DNA from: Octopus sinensis
Taxonomy: Eukaryota
NCBI RefSeq assembly: GCF_006345805.1
Contig: NW_021826971.1
Location: forward strand, 1 to 8,641
Direction: 5' to 3'
Length of the DNA: 8,641 nt
In this document: positions 8,429-8,641 of the stretch, piece after piece
How positions within the stretch are numbered: the first letter of the stretch is position 1
Layout: every line of letters starts with the position of its first letter
Position numbers and translations under genes: made by a program
Notes under the pieces: model-generated
Databases searched by the model: none
Seen by the model: only the letters and a program-made list of their open reading frames with translations
What the model was told of the DNA's origin: nothing

Positions 8429-8641
8429 CTCAAGTACCCTCGTATCTTCACATCTTGGCACTCCCAAAATTGCATAATATATTACGCAATATTACGCAAT
8501 TTATTACATAATCTCAAGTACCCTCATATACATAATTCTAGAAACTTCCACAAATACATAATATATACGCAATATATGACGCAATCTATTACATAATCTC
8601 AAGTACCTCGTATCTTCACATCTTGGCACATCCCAAAATTG

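Larger units (their letters stand above)
1..8641. repeat. Tandem satellite-type array, ~102 head-to-tail monomers of canonical length 87 bp, running off both window ends
   Basis: The anchor ATAATCTCAAGTACCCTC (or a close variant) recurs about every 85 bp from 21 to 8598. Spacing is exactly 87 bp in clean runs such as 3215, 3302, 3389, 3476, 3563, 3650, 3737. All copies are in the same orientation and there is no unique sequence anywhere. Confidence 0.99.

Noticed and set aside
1-8641. CRISPR array (constant palindromic part alternating with a ~26-bp variable part)
   Set aside because: The variable segments are not unique spacers. They are a few mutually alignable variants (A/B share 14 of 26 positions) reused many times. 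The constant part (~61 bp) is longer than typical CRISPR repeats, and no leader or cas gene is present.
1-8641. Mitochondrial control-region repeats (TACAT motifs, G-poor strand, 75-87-bp units)
   Set aside because: TACAT is too short to be diagnostic. No tRNA, rRNA, CSB or mitochondrial gene is visible, and more than 8.6 kb with multi-kb HOR modules fits satellite DNA better. It cannot be fully excluded without flanks.
1-8641. Baculovirus hr or plasmid iteron/parC assignment
   Set aside because: The resemblance is architectural only. Known examples have far fewer units and sit beside genes, and I recognise no sequence identity.
1-8641. Rolling-circle or amplification concatemer of one small circle
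   Set aside because: A concatemer would repeat one fixed monomer order. Here the modules vary by whole monomers and carry position-specific markers.

Overview
The whole 8641-bp window is one uninterrupted head-to-tail tandem array (satellite-type DNA, about 30-35% GC) of about 102 monomers, counted by hand with CTCAAG as anchor. The canonical monomer is 87 bp, with real 75-, 86- and 95-bp variants. I see no supportable gene, RNA gene, transposon or CRISPR array; every ORF in the track is a by-product of a stop-free monomer whose length is a multiple of 3. Each monomer has an almost invariant ~61-bp domain containing a 26-bp near-perfect palindrome (AAATTGCATAATA|TATTACGCAATTT) and four 12-bp-spaced TT(A/G)C(A/G)(T/C)AA units. 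It also has a ~26-bp variable domain that defines two families, A (~69 copies including rarer subtypes) and B (~33 copies). Typing monomers by marker bases shows a modular higher-order repeat (HOR) from about 2.1 kb onward, including a 19-monomer block repeated in identical order at 4070-5710 and 6803-8428, while the first ~2.1 kb is less ordered. Many scattered 1-bp deletions look like long-read error. The host and genomic context cannot be determined from this window. The eukaryotic transcription-factor motif matches (bZIP, HSE, kappaB) are hypotheses only.
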